Assembly: GCA_963847705.1 (NCBI GenBank) | Contig: CAWKBC010000010.1 | Location: 1-64,000 of the forward strand | Direction of reading: 5' to 3' | DNA from: an uncultured Pseudomonadota bacterium | GTDB taxonomy: Bacteria > Myxococcota_A > Polyangia > Fen-1088 | DNA: 64,000 nucleotides | In this document: positions 51,764 to 61,840 of the stretch, one piece after another | How the letters are laid out: every line of letters starts with the position of its first letter | Numbering within the stretch: position 1 is the stretch's first letter | Translations under genes and position numbers: made by a program | The notes under the pieces: model-generated | What the model was told of the DNA's origin: nothing | The model's input: the letters and a program-made list of their open reading frames with translations, nothing else | Database searches by the model: none

Positions 51764-53496
51764 GCCGCCGCCTCGTCCTGCTCGGTCTGCGATTCGACGA
51801 TCTCCGCATACGGCGGGCAGGTCGCGACGAGCTGCGCATGCGTGCCCTTGCCGACGAGCTTGCCGGCGTCGAGCACCAGGATCTGATGCGCGTGGCGGAT
51901 GCTCGCCACCCGCTGCGCGACGAGGATCACCGTCGCCTTGGCCAGCCGCGGTGCGATCGCCGCGCGCAACCTCGCCTCGGTCGCCAGGTCGAGCGCCGAG
52001 AACGCGTCGTCGAACAGGTACACGGCCGGCTCGCGCAAGAGGGCGCGCGCGATCGCCAGCCGCTGGCGCTGGCCGCCGGAGACGTTGGTCCCGCCCTGGG
52101 CGATCGGCGCCTCCAGCTGCTGGGGCATCGCGCGCACGAAGTCCGCACCCTGCGCGAGCTCGAGGGCGGCCCACAGCTCGTCATCGGTCGCCTCGGGGTT
52201 GCCGAACCGGAGGTTCGAAGCGACGGTGCCCGTGAACAGGTACGACCGCTGCGGCACCATCCCGATCCGCGCCCACAGCTCCTCGGGCGCGCGCTGGCGG
52301 ACGTCGACCCCGTCGAGCAGGACGGTGCCGGCCGTGGTGTCGGAGAGCCGCGGGATGAGGTCCAGCATCGTGCTCTTGCCCGCACCGGTTGCGCCGATGA
52401 TCGCGGTGACCTGGCCCGGCCTGGCGACGAACGAGATGTCGGCGAGCACCGGCACGGCGGCGCCCGGATAGCGGAACTCCACGCCGCGCAGCTCGACCAC
52501 GCGCGTGAGCTCGGCGGGCACGATCGGCGCGGCCGGCGGCGCGATCTCCGGCCTGGTGTCGAGCACCTCGACGATGCGCTCGGCGCACACGGCGGCACGC
52601 GGGATCATGATCGACATGAACGACGCCATCATCACGCCCACCAGGATCTGCATCAGATAGCCGAGGAACGCCGTGAGGGCGCCGATCTCCAGCGAGCCGG
52701 CGGCGATCCGGTGACTGCCCAACCACAAGAGCGCGACGCTCGAGGCGTTGAACACCAGCGTCATGGTCGGCCAGATCAGCGCCTGGAGCTTGCCGGCCTG
52801 CAACGCGGTCGCCGTGAGGTCGTCGTTCGCGCCCGCGAACCGGGCGGCCTCCGCCGGCTCGCGCACGAACGCCCGCACCACCCGCATACCGGTGATCTGC
52901 TCGCGCAGCACCCGGTTCACGGTGTCGATCTTCGGCTGCATGAGCCGGAACTTCGGGATCATCCGGCCGATGATGAGGCCGATGCTGCCGGCCATCGCCG
53001 GGATGCACACCAGCAGGAGCTTCGACAGCCCCAGGTTCTCGCGCAGCGCCATCACGATCCCGCCGACACACATGATCGGCGCCACCACCAGCATCGTCAT
53101 GCTCGTGAGCACCAGCGTCTGCACCTGCTGGACGTCGTTGGTCGTGCGGGTGATCAGCGACGGCGCGCCGAACTTGCCGACCTCGCGCGCCGACAGCTTG
53201 CCGACGTGATGAAAGATCCCGCCGCGCAGGTCGCGGCCGTAGGCCATGGCGACGCGTGCGCCGAGGTACACCGCGCAGAACGAGCAGGCGATCTGGCCCA
53301 TCGCGATGGCCAGCATCATCCCGCCGCGCACGAGGATGTAGGTGGTGTCGCCGGTGGCGACGCCCTTGTCGATGATGTGCCCGTTGATGCTCGGAAGGTA
53401 GAGCGACGCGATCGTGCTGGCGAGCTGGAGCAACACGACCAGCCCCAGCTGGGTATGAAACGGGGCCAGGTAGGTCCGGAGCAAGCGCCAGAGCAT
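51760..53496 (-). CDS. ABC exporter TMD-NBD subunit (degenerate site)
   Basis: GATGAGKST, VSGGQRQ, LFDD (Walker B E->D), VAQR (switch H->Q). Confidence 0.94.
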   Translation of the reverse strand: MLWRLLRTYLAPFHTQLGLVVLLQLASTIASLYLPSINGHIIDKGVATGDTTYILVRGGMMLAIAMGQIACSFCAVYLGARVAMAYGRDLRGGIFHHVGKLSAREVGKFGAPSLITRTTNDVQQVQTLVLTSMTMLVVAPIMCVGGIVMALRENLGLSKLLLVCIPAMAGSIGLIIGRMIPKFRLMQPKIDTVNRVLREQITGMRVVRAFVREPAEAARFAGANDDLTATALQAGKLQALIWPTMTLVFNASSVALLWLGSHRIAAGSLEIGALTAFLGYLMQILVGVMMASFMSIMIPRAAVCAERIVEVLDTRPEIAPPAAPIVPAELTRVVELRGVEFRYPGAAVPVLADISFVARPGQVTAIIGATGAGKSTMLDLIPRLSDTTAGTVLLDGVDVRQRAPEELWARIGMVPQRSYLFTGTVASNLRFGNPEATDDELWAALELAQGADFVRAMPQQLEAPIAQGGTNVSGGQRQRLAIARALLREPAVYLFDDAFSALDLATEARLRAAIAPRLAKATVILVAQRVASIRHAHQILVLDAGKLVGKGTHAQLVATCPPYAEIVESQTEQDEAAA

Positions 53497-53519
53497 CAGG
53501 TCTCCTTCAGGTCTCTTCG

Positions 53520-54101
53520 TCAGGCGTCTTCGTCGCGGGCGCGGATGCCGTCGAGCAGCAGCGTCACGATCTCGTGCGGGGTCATCGGTTTGTCGGTGAG
53601 CCGCGGGTGCGTGCCCGCAAACGCGGTCGCCCGCAGGAACCTCGCCGCTTCCTCGGGCGCACAGCGGATCTCGTCGCGGTGGGGCTCGAACAGCTTCGCG
53701 AGCGCGGCGCGCAGCCGCGAGTCGTCGACCTGCGGCGGTGACGGCCGGCGCGCCTCGGGCGGCGCCGTGAGACCGAGCATCGAGATCAGCTGCCAGACCT
53801 CGCCGACGCGACGCTGCAGCATCTCGATCGCGGCGATCAGCTTGTCGCGCAGCGGCAGCAGGGAATCGATCCGCGCGACCGCCGCTTCGTCCGAGGTCGG
53901 ATCGAACACGCTGGCGACCGCCGCGGAGATCAGCGCCTCCTTGTCGGGAAAGACGCGGAACAGGGTCCCCTCCGCGACGCCGGCGGCGAGCGCGATCTGC
54001 GACGTCGTGACCTCCCGCCCGTAGAGGCGCAGGAGCGGCAGCGTGGCCGCGATGATGCTCGCGCGACGCGCATCGGGAGAGAGCGGAGCCGCGCGAACCA
54101 T
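53520..54101 (-). CDS. TetR-family regulator
   Basis: TTSQIALAAGVAEGTLFRVFPDK HTH. Confidence 0.93.
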   Translation of the reverse strand: MVRAAPLSPDARRASIIAATLPLLRLYGREVTTSQIALAAGVAEGTLFRVFPDKEALISAAVASVFDPTSDEAAVARIDSLLPLRDKLIAAIEMLQRRVGEVWQLISMLGLTAPPEARRPSPPQVDDSRLRAALAKLFEPHRDEIRCAPEEAARFLRATAFAGTHPRLTDKPMTPHEIVTLLLDGIRARDEDA

Positions 54102-54117
54102 GTCGTCCTATTTAACT

Positions 54118-54133
54118 GAGTGAGCGCTCACTC
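54118..54133. promoter_or_regulatory. Perfect 16-bp palindrome, likely TetR operator
   Basis: GAGTGAGCGCTCACTC 16 nt upstream of the tetR ATG, spanning the spacer of TTGCGA-N17-TAAATA on the - strand. Confidence 0.8.
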
Positions 54134-54244
54134 GCAAGCGGCATGCGCACAACCTCCGGCATCTCCATGGGAATATCTGCCAGCGCGCACGAGCTTCTTC
54201 TGCGGCTGAGCGGCCGTGTCGCGCGGGCAGCACCGGCGAGGCGG

Positions 54245-55945
54245 CTACCCGCCCATGGCCCGCGCCGGGGGCGCCACGGCCTTCGGGGCCAGGCCCGCCC
54301 GGTTCAGCGCGCTGACGCCGGCGGTGAGAAGCGCGGCATCCTCGCCGTCGGCCAGGCCCAGAGCGAACAGGGCCGGGGCGCCGGCCAGGCGAACCTCCAC
54401 GATCGCGGCATGCGTCTGGGCGAGGCCGCGCACCGGCTGGACAACCGCCGTGACCAGCTCGACATCGGCCGCCGTCGCGGCGAACAGCGCCGCCAGCGCG
54501 TCGGCCCCCGCGGCCCGCAGCGCCTGCGTCACCCCGCCGGCGGCCAGATGGACCTCCAGGCTCACCCCCTGCGACGGACCGGCAGGCGTCACCCCATGCG
54601 CCATCAGCCGGAGCGGCTGGTCGCTCCGGTAGACGCCCTCCAACAGCGCGAACAGGTCGCGCGCGCTCAGCTCGCCACCGATCGTATCGGCTCGCTCTTG
54701 AACGACGCGCGCGAATTCGATCTGCAGGCGGCGCGGCAGCTCCAGGCCGTACTCCGCGCCGAGCAGGAAGGCGATGCCTCCCTTGCCCGACTGTCCGTTG
54801 ACCCGGACGACGGCGTCGTAGCTGCGACCGACATCCGCGGGGTCGAGCGGCAGGTAGGGGACGTCCCAGAGGGTGCTGCCCTCGGGATCGGCCGCGCGCG
54901 CCCCGAACACCTTCTTGATCGCGTCCTGGTGCGAGCCCGAAAACGAGGTGTAGACCAGGTCGCCGGCGTACGGGTGCCGCGGGTGCACCGGCAGCTGCGT
55001 GCAGTGCTCGGCGACGGAGCGGACGCCGTCGATGTCGGAGAAATCCAGCCCGGGATCGACGCCCTGCGAATAGAGGTTCAGCGCCAGGGTGACCAGATCG
55101 ACGTTGCCGGTCCGCTCGCCGCTGCCAAACAGGCAGCCCTCGACGCGATCGGCGCCGGCCATCACCGCCAGCTCGGCGGCCGCCACGGCGGTGCCCCGGT
55201 CGTTGTGCGGGTGGACGCTCAACACGATGGAGTCGCGCCGCGCCAGATTGCGGTGCATCCACTCGATCTGATCGGCGTAGACGTTCGGCGTCGAGCGCTC
55301 GACCGTGGCGGGCAGGTTGACGATCGCCTTGCGCTGCGGGCTCGCCCCCCAGGTCTCCACGACCGCGTCGCAGATCTCCTTGGAGAAGTCCAGCTCGGTG
55401 GCGCTGAACGTCTCGGGTGAGTATTCGAAGCCCCAGGCGGTCTCGGCGTTCGCCGCCGCCAGGTCGCGAATCTGGGCGGTGGCGCGGGTGGCGATCTCCA
55501 GAACCCCGGCCCGGTCCTTCTGGAAGACCAGGCGGCGAAACAGGGGCGCCGTGGCGTTGTAGACGTGGACGACCGCCCGCCGCGCGCCGCGCAGCGAGGC
55601 GAACGTCCGGGCGATCAGCTCGGGGCGGGCCTGGGTCAGCACCTGGACGGTCACGTCGGCGGGGATCCGATCCTCGTCGATCAACCGGCGGACGAAATCG
55701 AACTCGACCTGCGAGGCGGCCGGGAATCCGATCTCGATCTCCTTGAACCCGATGCGGAGCAGGGTCTCGAACATGCGCAGCTTGCGCGGCTGGTCCATCG
55801 GCTCGATCAGCGCCTGGTTTCCATCGCGGAGATCCGTGCTGCACCAGAGCGGCGGTCGGCTGATGACCTGATTCGGCCAGCCACGATCCGGCAGCGCGAC
55901 CGGCGCAGCCGCCACGTACTTCGGCCCAGGCGTCTTTCTCGTCAT
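54245..55945 (-). CDS. leuA: 2-isopropylmalate synthase (yeast/Mtb-type)
   Basis: [58 protein letters not shown]. Confidence 0.93.
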   Translation of the reverse strand: MTRKTPGPKYVAAAPVALPDRGWPNQVISRPPLWCSTDLRDGNQALIEPMDQPRKLRMFETLLRIGFKEIEIGFPAASQVEFDFVRRLIDEDRIPADVTVQVLTQARPELIARTFASLRGARRAVVHVYNATAPLFRRLVFQKDRAGVLEIATRATAQIRDLAAANAETAWGFEYSPETFSATELDFSKEICDAVVETWGASPQRKAIVNLPATVERSTPNVYADQIEWMHRNLARRDSIVLSVHPHNDRGTAVAAAELAVMAGADRVEGCLFGSGERTGNVDLVTLALNLYSQGVDPGLDFSDIDGVRSVAEHCTQLPVHPRHPYAGDLVYTSFSGSHQDAIKKVFGARAADPEGSTLWDVPYLPLDPADVGRSYDAVVRVNGQSGKGGIAFLLGAEYGLELPRRLQIEFARVVQERADTIGGELSARDLFALLEGVYRSDQPLRLMAHGVTPAGPSQGVSLEVHLAAGGVTQALRAAGADALAALFAATAADVELVTAVVQPVRGLAQTHAAIVEVRLAGAPALFALGLADGEDAALLTAGVSALNRAGLAPKAVAPPARAMGG

Positions 55946-56112
55946 CCCGGCAGAGTGGCGACACGGGGGCCATTACGCAAATCAATAGTCCTTCTGGCCG
56001 CGATAAGCTCCATCAATGGCCGCGCGCGACGCCCGGGCCTCGTTGGACCCGGGCGCGGCGCCCACGGGCCTCCTCGGACGCAGCAGGACGGGTCACCGGG
56101 GCGCGGGGGCGC

Positions 56113-56847
56113 TCACCCGCGGGAGAAGCGCTGCCAGACGCCGTCCACCCGGCGTTCGTGCGGCATGAAGGCCAGCTTGTAGGCCATCGAGCGGTTCTCC
56201 CGGATGGCCAGCCCCAGGTAGAGCCAGTCGAGGTGCCAATCGCGCGCGAGCGCGACCTGGGTGAGGATCGAATACGTCCCCAGCGACAGCGCCGCGTAGG
56301 CCGGGTTCCAGAAGGTGTAGACGGCCGACAGGGAACGGGCGCCGCGATCGGTGACCGCCACGCCGCACAGCTGTCCCCCGACGAGGTACCGCACCTCGAA
56401 CCCCTCGACGCAGCTGTGGGCGAAGAAGCTCTCGTACTCGAGCGCCTCGATCGGCGGCCGCCCACCCTGGTCGAGCCCGCGCCCCTGCTCGTGCGCGCGA
56501 TAGAGCCAGAGGCGCAGATCGTCGACGACGATCGGTCCGAGCTCGACCGTGACGGCGACGTCCCCCTTGGCCTGCGCCCGCCCCTGGGAGCGCGACGGAG
56601 CGAACGCCTGCACGTCGACGCGGATGGCCTGGCAGGCCGTGCAGCTGGGGCAGGTCTGATTGTAGAGCAGAGACCCCGCGCGCCGGTCGCCCGCCGCGAG
56701 CCGCGTGTCGAACTCGGCGGCGGTCAGCCGGCGGATCGGCTGGCGCAGGGGCTGCCGCGCCCGACGCCCGGGCAGGTAGACACAGTCGTCCTCTTCGTCA
56801 CGAACGACGATCTCCGGCGGCGTGGTGGCCAGCAAACGCCCCGACAC
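56113..56847 (-). CDS. bpt: Arginyltransferase-like protein (bacterial Bpt/ATE)
   Basis: CVYLPG, GDRRAG, CPSCTAC..IR, LSAVYTFW.P....SLGTYSIL, YLG..I....MAYK; start GTG 56847 uncertain. Confidence 0.88.
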   Translation of the reverse strand: MSGRLLATTPPEIVVRDEEDDCVYLPGRRARQPLRQPIRRLTAAEFDTRLAAGDRRAGSLLYNQTCPSCTACQAIRVDVQAFAPSRSQGRAQAKGDVAVTVELGPIVVDDLRLWLYRAHEQGRGLDQGGRPPIEALEYESFFAHSCVEGFEVRYLVGGQLCGVAVTDRGARSLSAVYTFWNPAYAALSLGTYSILTQVALARDWHLDWLYLGLAIRENRSMAYKLAFMPHERRVDGVWQRFSRG

Positions 56848-57006
56848 CCCCTCAGCATGGATCCGAAACGCCCGGGCACCAACACGATCGCCGCCGTGGT
56901 GGTCGCGACGGGACCGCGGAGGATCCCCTTCGCCAGGGTTCCCGAGCCCGAGCCCGCGCTGCTGGCGGACCAGGTTGCCAGCAGCATCCACCAGTCGGAC
57001 GAGGGC

Positions 57007-58497
57007 CTAGCCGTTTTGGCCCTTGCGCCGCGCCGCCACCGCCTCGGTCAAGCGGCGTCCATACTCGGCGTCGGCCTGGCGGAAATGGTCGATCGAGCGC
57101 TCGACGACATCCGGACGGCTGACCGCGGCCAGCCCTCCGGCGATGTTGTCGATGAGGCGCGCGCGTGCGTCCTCCTTCATCAGGCGATAGAGCGCGCCGG
57201 CCTGGCGGAAGTCGTCGTCCCCGGCGTGCTTGACCAACCCCCGCGGGCCGACCGAGCCCGAGACGTCGTACCCGAGGTCGTAGCCAGCTCCCGTCTGCGC
57301 CGGCCCCTCGTGGCTGTTGGGCTCGTAATTCTTGCTGCGCCCGCCGTTGTCGTCGAAGCGCATGGCGCCGTCGCGTCCGTAGTTGCGCGCGCCGCCCGCC
57401 ACGCCTCGGGGTGCGTTGACCGGCAAGCGCGTGTGATTCACCCCCAGCCGGTAGCGATGGGCGTCCCCGTAGCCGAAGAGGCGCGCCTGCAGCATCGGAT
57501 CGGGTGAGGGTCCCACGCCGGGGACGAAGTTCGACGGATCGAAGGCCGCCTGCTCCACCTCGCCGAAGTAGTTCTCGGGGAGGCGATCGAGGACCAGCTT
57601 GCCGATGGTGATGAGCGGGTAGTCCTGGTAGAGCCAGACCTTGGTCAGGTCGAACGGGTTGAACCGGTAGGAGGCGGCGTCCTTCTCGGGCATCACCTGC
57701 ACCTTGATGGTCCACGACGGGAAATTTCCACGCGAGATTGCGTCGTAGAGGTCTTTGTGGATGAAGGCCGGATCCCGACCGCCGATCTGCGCGGCCTCGG
57801 CGCTGGTCAAGCAGCGGATCTTCTGGTCGGTCTTGAAGTGGAACTTGACCCAGAACCGCTGCCCCTCCGCGTTCACCCACTGGAAGGTGTGCGAGCCAAA
57901 GCCGTCCATCTCGCGGTACGACGCCGGGATGCCGCGATCGCCGAACAGCCAGGTGAACTGGTGCGTCGCCTCCGGTGAGTGCGAGAAGAAGTCCCAGATG
58001 TTGTCGGGCTCCTGGCGGTTGGTGAAGGGGTCGTACTTCTGCGAGTGGATGAAGTCGGGGAACTTGATCCCGTCGCGGATGAAGAAGATCGGCGTGTTGT
58101 TGCCCACCAGATCCCAGTTGCCGTCCTCACTGTAGACCTTGAGCGCGAAGCCGCGCGGATCGCGGGCGGTGTCGGGCGCACCCTTCGACCCGGCCACGGT
58201 GGAGAAGCGCAGGTAGGCCGGGGTGCGCTTGCCGGGCGCGGAGAAGATCTTCATCTTGGTCCAGCGGGCGGTCTCGGGGTTGGTCGCCTCCAGATACCCG
58301 TGGGCGCCCGAGCCGACAGCGTGCACCACCCGTTCGGGGATCCGCTCGCGGTTGAAGCGGGCCAGCTTCTCCAGGAGGTGATGGTCCTGCAACAGCGTCG
58401 GACCGCCGGGGCCCGCCAGCTGGGAGTGTTGGTTGTCGGCGACCGGCGCGCCGGCCTCTGTGGTGAGCGTGTTCGTCGTCGCGGTCTTTTCGTTCAT
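57007..58497 (-). CDS. katA: Monofunctional heme catalase (small subunit)
   Basis: FNRERIPERVVHA, RFSTVAG, RDPRGFA, VGNNTP, RLFGYGDAHRYRLG; GAGGA RBS. Confidence 0.96.
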   Translation of the reverse strand: MNEKTATTNTLTTEAGAPVADNQHSQLAGPGGPTLLQDHHLLEKLARFNRERIPERVVHAVGSGAHGYLEATNPETARWTKMKIFSAPGKRTPAYLRFSTVAGSKGAPDTARDPRGFALKVYSEDGNWDLVGNNTPIFFIRDGIKFPDFIHSQKYDPFTNRQEPDNIWDFFSHSPEATHQFTWLFGDRGIPASYREMDGFGSHTFQWVNAEGQRFWVKFHFKTDQKIRCLTSAEAAQIGGRDPAFIHKDLYDAISRGNFPSWTIKVQVMPEKDAASYRFNPFDLTKVWLYQDYPLITIGKLVLDRLPENYFGEVEQAAFDPSNFVPGVGPSPDPMLQARLFGYGDAHRYRLGVNHTRLPVNAPRGVAGGARNYGRDGAMRFDDNGGRSKNYEPNSHEGPAQTGAGYDLGYDVSGSVGPRGLVKHAGDDDFRQAGALYRLMKEDARARLIDNIAGGLAAVSRPDVVERSIDHFRQADAEYGRRLTEAVAARRKGQNG

Positions 58498-58570
58498 CGC
58501 TGTCCTCCTCGAGGATCCGACGATGAGCTTCTCCGCATGAGTGGTCCAAGATATCGTTTACATCGACGTG

Positions 58571-58585
58571 ATAGCTATGCGCTAT
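58571..58585. promoter_or_regulatory. OxyR-like binding motif upstream of catalase
   Basis: ATAG-N7-CTAT (ATAGctatgcgCTAT) in an AT-richer patch. Confidence 0.6.
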
Positions 58586-58610
58586 CCATCGAGCCCCGGC
58601 CCTGACCGCC

Positions 58611-59171
58611 TCAGTGAACGACGACCACAGTGCGACGAGAGGCGCGCCGGGCGGCGCCGGCGTACGAAACGGGGGTCAACGGCATCCCGACCACATCGAT
58701 GAAGAGAGACACCGCGTCCGCGTTGTCGGGCAGCTTCCCCTGAAGCACGCGCACGTCGTAGGTCATCTGCTCGCCGTTCAACGCGGGATTCTTCAGCTCG
58801 ACCACCACGTTGCCCACCTTGCCCTCGGGCGTGAAGGTCGACAGCGTGGCGTTGGGAGGATCTTTCAGGAAGCTGTCCTTGCCCTCTGACCACAGAGGGA
58901 TCATCTCGTGGGTCGCGATGTGCCCCGCGACCCGCGTCGGCCGGTCCGAGAAGAAGACCGTCAGCGGGCTGACCCCCTTCATGGTGAGCTTCCCGTTGAC
59001 CAGGGTGGCCCCCCTGGCTGTCTGAACGAACAGCATCGGGACCTTCTTGTCCTTGTCGGGAGTGGACAGAGTGGAATCGGCGGCGAGTCCGATGCGCGCG
59101 ATCTGCACCCCGACCAGAGCCGAAACCGCCAGGAACCCGACGAAGGCCGACAGAGGTCGTTTGCGCGTCAT
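58611..59171 (-). CDS. Exported hypothetical protein
   Basis: Signal peptide; LFVQTA...FFSDRP.R.AGH...W....DSF..DPPNATL...VSLFID. Confidence 0.75.
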   Translation of the reverse strand: MTRKRPLSAFVGFLAVSALVGVQIARIGLAADSTLSTPDKDKKVPMLFVQTARGATLVNGKLTMKGVSPLTVFFSDRPTRVAGHIATHEMIPLWSEGKDSFLKDPPNATLSTFTPEGKVGNVVVELKNPALNGEQMTYDVRVLQGKLPDNADAVSLFIDVVGMPLTPVSYAGAARRASRRTVVVVH

Positions 59172-59365
59172 GGGCTGGATGGTGGCGCCGCTCCGTGAGC
59201 GCACAAGGGCGAAGGCCGTGCGGTTCAGGCAAGGCCCGAGGTGCCTGACCGACCGCAATCAGCGAATCCCCGACTTGTCGAGGAGCGCGTCACTCACCAC
59301 CGTGTTGCGACGACGAACGGACGCCGGGAAACCCGGCTCGCGGGCGCACGAAAAGGAGAACTGGC

Positions 59366-61762
59366 ATGGCCAAGGACTTCGATCGCACCAAGCTGCCCAT
59401 CAATGATCCCAGGTTCGCGGGCAAGCGAAACCGGACGCTCGCGGGGTCGAAGCCCGATTGGGCGCTGGCGCAATCGGTGCGGCCCCCCGAGGGCGCACCG
59501 AACGTGCTCCTCGTGCTGATCGACGACGCCGGGTTCGGCAACGCATCGGCCTTCGGAGGACCGATCGCCACCCCAAACCTCACCCGCCTGGCGGAGAGTG
59601 GACTCAAGTACAACCACTTTCACGTGACCGCCCTCTGCTCCCCCACGCGCGCGGCGTTGCTGACGGGGCGCAACCACCACGCGGTCGGCTTCGGCTCGAT
59701 CGGCGAGCTGCCGGGACCGTTCCCCGGCTACTCGGCCGCTCGCCCGCTGTCCTGCGCCCCGTTCACGCAGATCCTGCAGATGAATGGCTACTGCACCTCG
59801 GCGTTCGGCAAGTGGCACATGACGCCCGACCACCAGCAGGGGCCGGCCGGTCCCTTCGATCGCTGGCCCAACGCCTGGGGCTTCGACTACTTCTGGGGCT
59901 TCCTGGGCGGCGAATCCGGTCAGTACGATCCGCTGCTCACCGAGAACAACACCACGATCGGCGTGCCCGACCAGAAGGACCATTACTTCCCCGACGCCAT
60001 GGCCGACAAGGCGATCGACTGGCTGCACGGGGTTCGCGCGCAGGATCCCGAAAAGCCGTTCTTCATGTACTTCTCCACCGGCGCCAGCCACGCGCCGCAC
60101 CAGGTCCCCGCCGAATGGAGCGCCAAGTACCAGGGCAAGTTCGACGGAGGCTGGGACAAATATCGCGAGGAGACCTTCGCCCGTCAGAAGCGCCTGGGCG
60201 TCATCCCCCCGGAGGCGAAGCTCACGCCCCGGCCCGACGCCCTGCCGGCCTGGGAGAGCCTCTCCGCTGATCTGAAGAAGCTCTACGCCCGTCAGATGGA
60301 GGTCTACGCCGGCTACCAGGAGAACGCCGACCACAACGTCGGGCGCCTGGTGGACGCCATCGACGCCATGGGCGAGCGCGACAACACGGTCGTCATCTAC
60401 ATCTGGGGCGACAACGGCGCCAGCCTGGAAGGGACGCTCACCGGCTCGTTCAACGAGCTCACCATGCAGAACGGAATTCCGCTCACCGGCGCCGAGCAGG
60501 TGCAGCTCGTCGAGCACTACGGCGGCGCCGAGGCCTGGGGGAGCGCGCTGCTGGCGCCGCACTACTCGGCGGCCTGGGCCTGGGCTGGCAACTGCCCCTT
60601 CCAGTGGGGGAAGCAGGTGGCCTCCCACCTCGGCGGCACGCGCAACGGAATGGTCGTGGCGTGGCCGGATCGGATCAAGGACGCCGGCGGGTTGCGCCAG
60701 CAGTTCACCCACGTCATCGACATCGGCCCCACCATCCTCGAGCTGGTCGGGCTGCCGGTGGCGACCGAGGTCAACGGCATCAAGCAGGAGCCGATGCACG
60801 GCACCAGCTTCCTCTACACCTTCGACGACAAGGAGGCGGCCGAGCGCCACACCCAGCAGTACTTCGAGATCTACGGCAACCGCGCCATGTACAAGGACGG
60901 CTGGTGGGCGGCGTGCAAGCTCGCGCGCATCCCCTGGGACGCCACGCCGGCCACCATCGCCAAGTTCGCGCCCGAGGTCTACGATCCCGAGAAGGATGTC
61001 TGGGAGCTGTACCACCTGCCGGACGACTTCTCGCAGGCCAACGATCTGGCGGCCCAGAATCCCAAGCAGCTCAAGGAGCTGAAGGAGCTGTTCTGGAAGG
61101 AGGCCGACAAGTACAACGTCACGCCGCTGCTCGCGGGCTTCTCATTTTATTTCGGCATCGTCCCGCCGCTGGGAAAGCAGACCAAGTTCACCTACCACGG
61201 CAAGGTCGAGAACATCGCCTCCGGCATGATCCCGCGCATCTTCAATCACTCCTACACGATCAGCGCCGATCTGGAGATCCCCCACGACGGCGTCGAGGGG
61301 GTGATCGTGGCCGAGGCCGATCACCTGGGCGGCTTCTCGCTCTTCGTCCAGGACGGAAAGCTCAAGCACACCTACAGCATGATGGGCATCCACGTTTACA
61401 AACAGGAGGCCACCGCGCCGCTGCCGAGCGGGCGGGTCAACGTACGCTTGGAGTTCGCCGCCGACGCGGCAAAGATGGGGACGGGCGGCGACGTCTCGCT
61501 CTACGTCAACGAGCACAAGGTCGGCGGGGGGCGAATGGAGCACACGGTTCCGTTCCGGTTCTCGGGCTACGCGGGGATGGACATCGGCCGCGACAACGGC
61601 TTGCCGGTCGACCGCAGCTATGCCGACAGGTCGCCCTTCGCGTTCACCGGGCAGATCCACCAGGTCTCCTTCGACCTGCAGCCCCACCTGGCGGCCGAGG
61701 ACGAGGACGCGATGCACGAAGCGCATCATCACGGCCTGGTGGCGCAGGGCCTGAGGGGCTAG
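59366..61762 (+). CDS. Arylsulfatase (Cys-type, FGly-dependent) with C-terminal extension
   Basis: AAGGAG RBS; PNVLLVLIDD, CSPTRAALLTGR, GKWH, GDNG. Confidence 0.93.
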   Translation: MAKDFDRTKLPINDPRFAGKRNRTLAGSKPDWALAQSVRPPEGAPNVLLVLIDDAGFGNASAFGGPIATPNLTRLAESGLKYNHFHVTALCSPTRAALLTGRNHHAVGFGSIGELPGPFPGYSAARPLSCAPFTQILQMNGYCTSAFGKWHMTPDHQQGPAGPFDRWPNAWGFDYFWGFLGGESGQYDPLLTENNTTIGVPDQKDHYFPDAMADKAIDWLHGVRAQDPEKPFFMYFSTGASHAPHQVPAEWSAKYQGKFDGGWDKYREETFARQKRLGVIPPEAKLTPRPDALPAWESLSADLKKLYARQMEVYAGYQENADHNVGRLVDAIDAMGERDNTVVIYIWGDNGASLEGTLTGSFNELTMQNGIPLTGAEQVQLVEHYGGAEAWGSALLAPHYSAAWAWAGNCPFQWGKQVASHLGGTRNGMVVAWPDRIKDAGGLRQQFTHVIDIGPTILELVGLPVATEVNGIKQEPMHGTSFLYTFDDKEAAERHTQQYFEIYGNRAMYKDGWWAACKLARIPWDATPATIAKFAPEVYDPEKDVWELYHLPDDFSQANDLAAQNPKQLKELKELFWKEADKYNVTPLLAGFSFYFGIVPPLGKQTKFTYHGKVENIASGMIPRIFNHSYTISADLEIPHDGVEGVIVAEADHLGGFSLFVQDGKLKHTYSMMGIHVYKQEATAPLPSGRVNVRLEFAADAAKMGTGGDVSLYVNEHKVGGGRMEHTVPFRFSGYAGMDIGRDNGLPVDRSYADRSPFAFTGQIHQVSFDLQPHLAAEDEDAMHEAHHHGLVAQGLRG

Positions 61763-61840
61763 GTCCGGGAGCCGCACTGCGGGCCGACAGGGCCGTCGAG
61801 CCCCCATCTTTCACGAACCTCCCGGTGATACAATGGCGGC

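Noticed and set aside
55946-56112. Leucine attenuator or leader peptide upstream of leuA
   Set aside because: No short Leu-rich ORF or terminator; promoter-like elements abut the start codon
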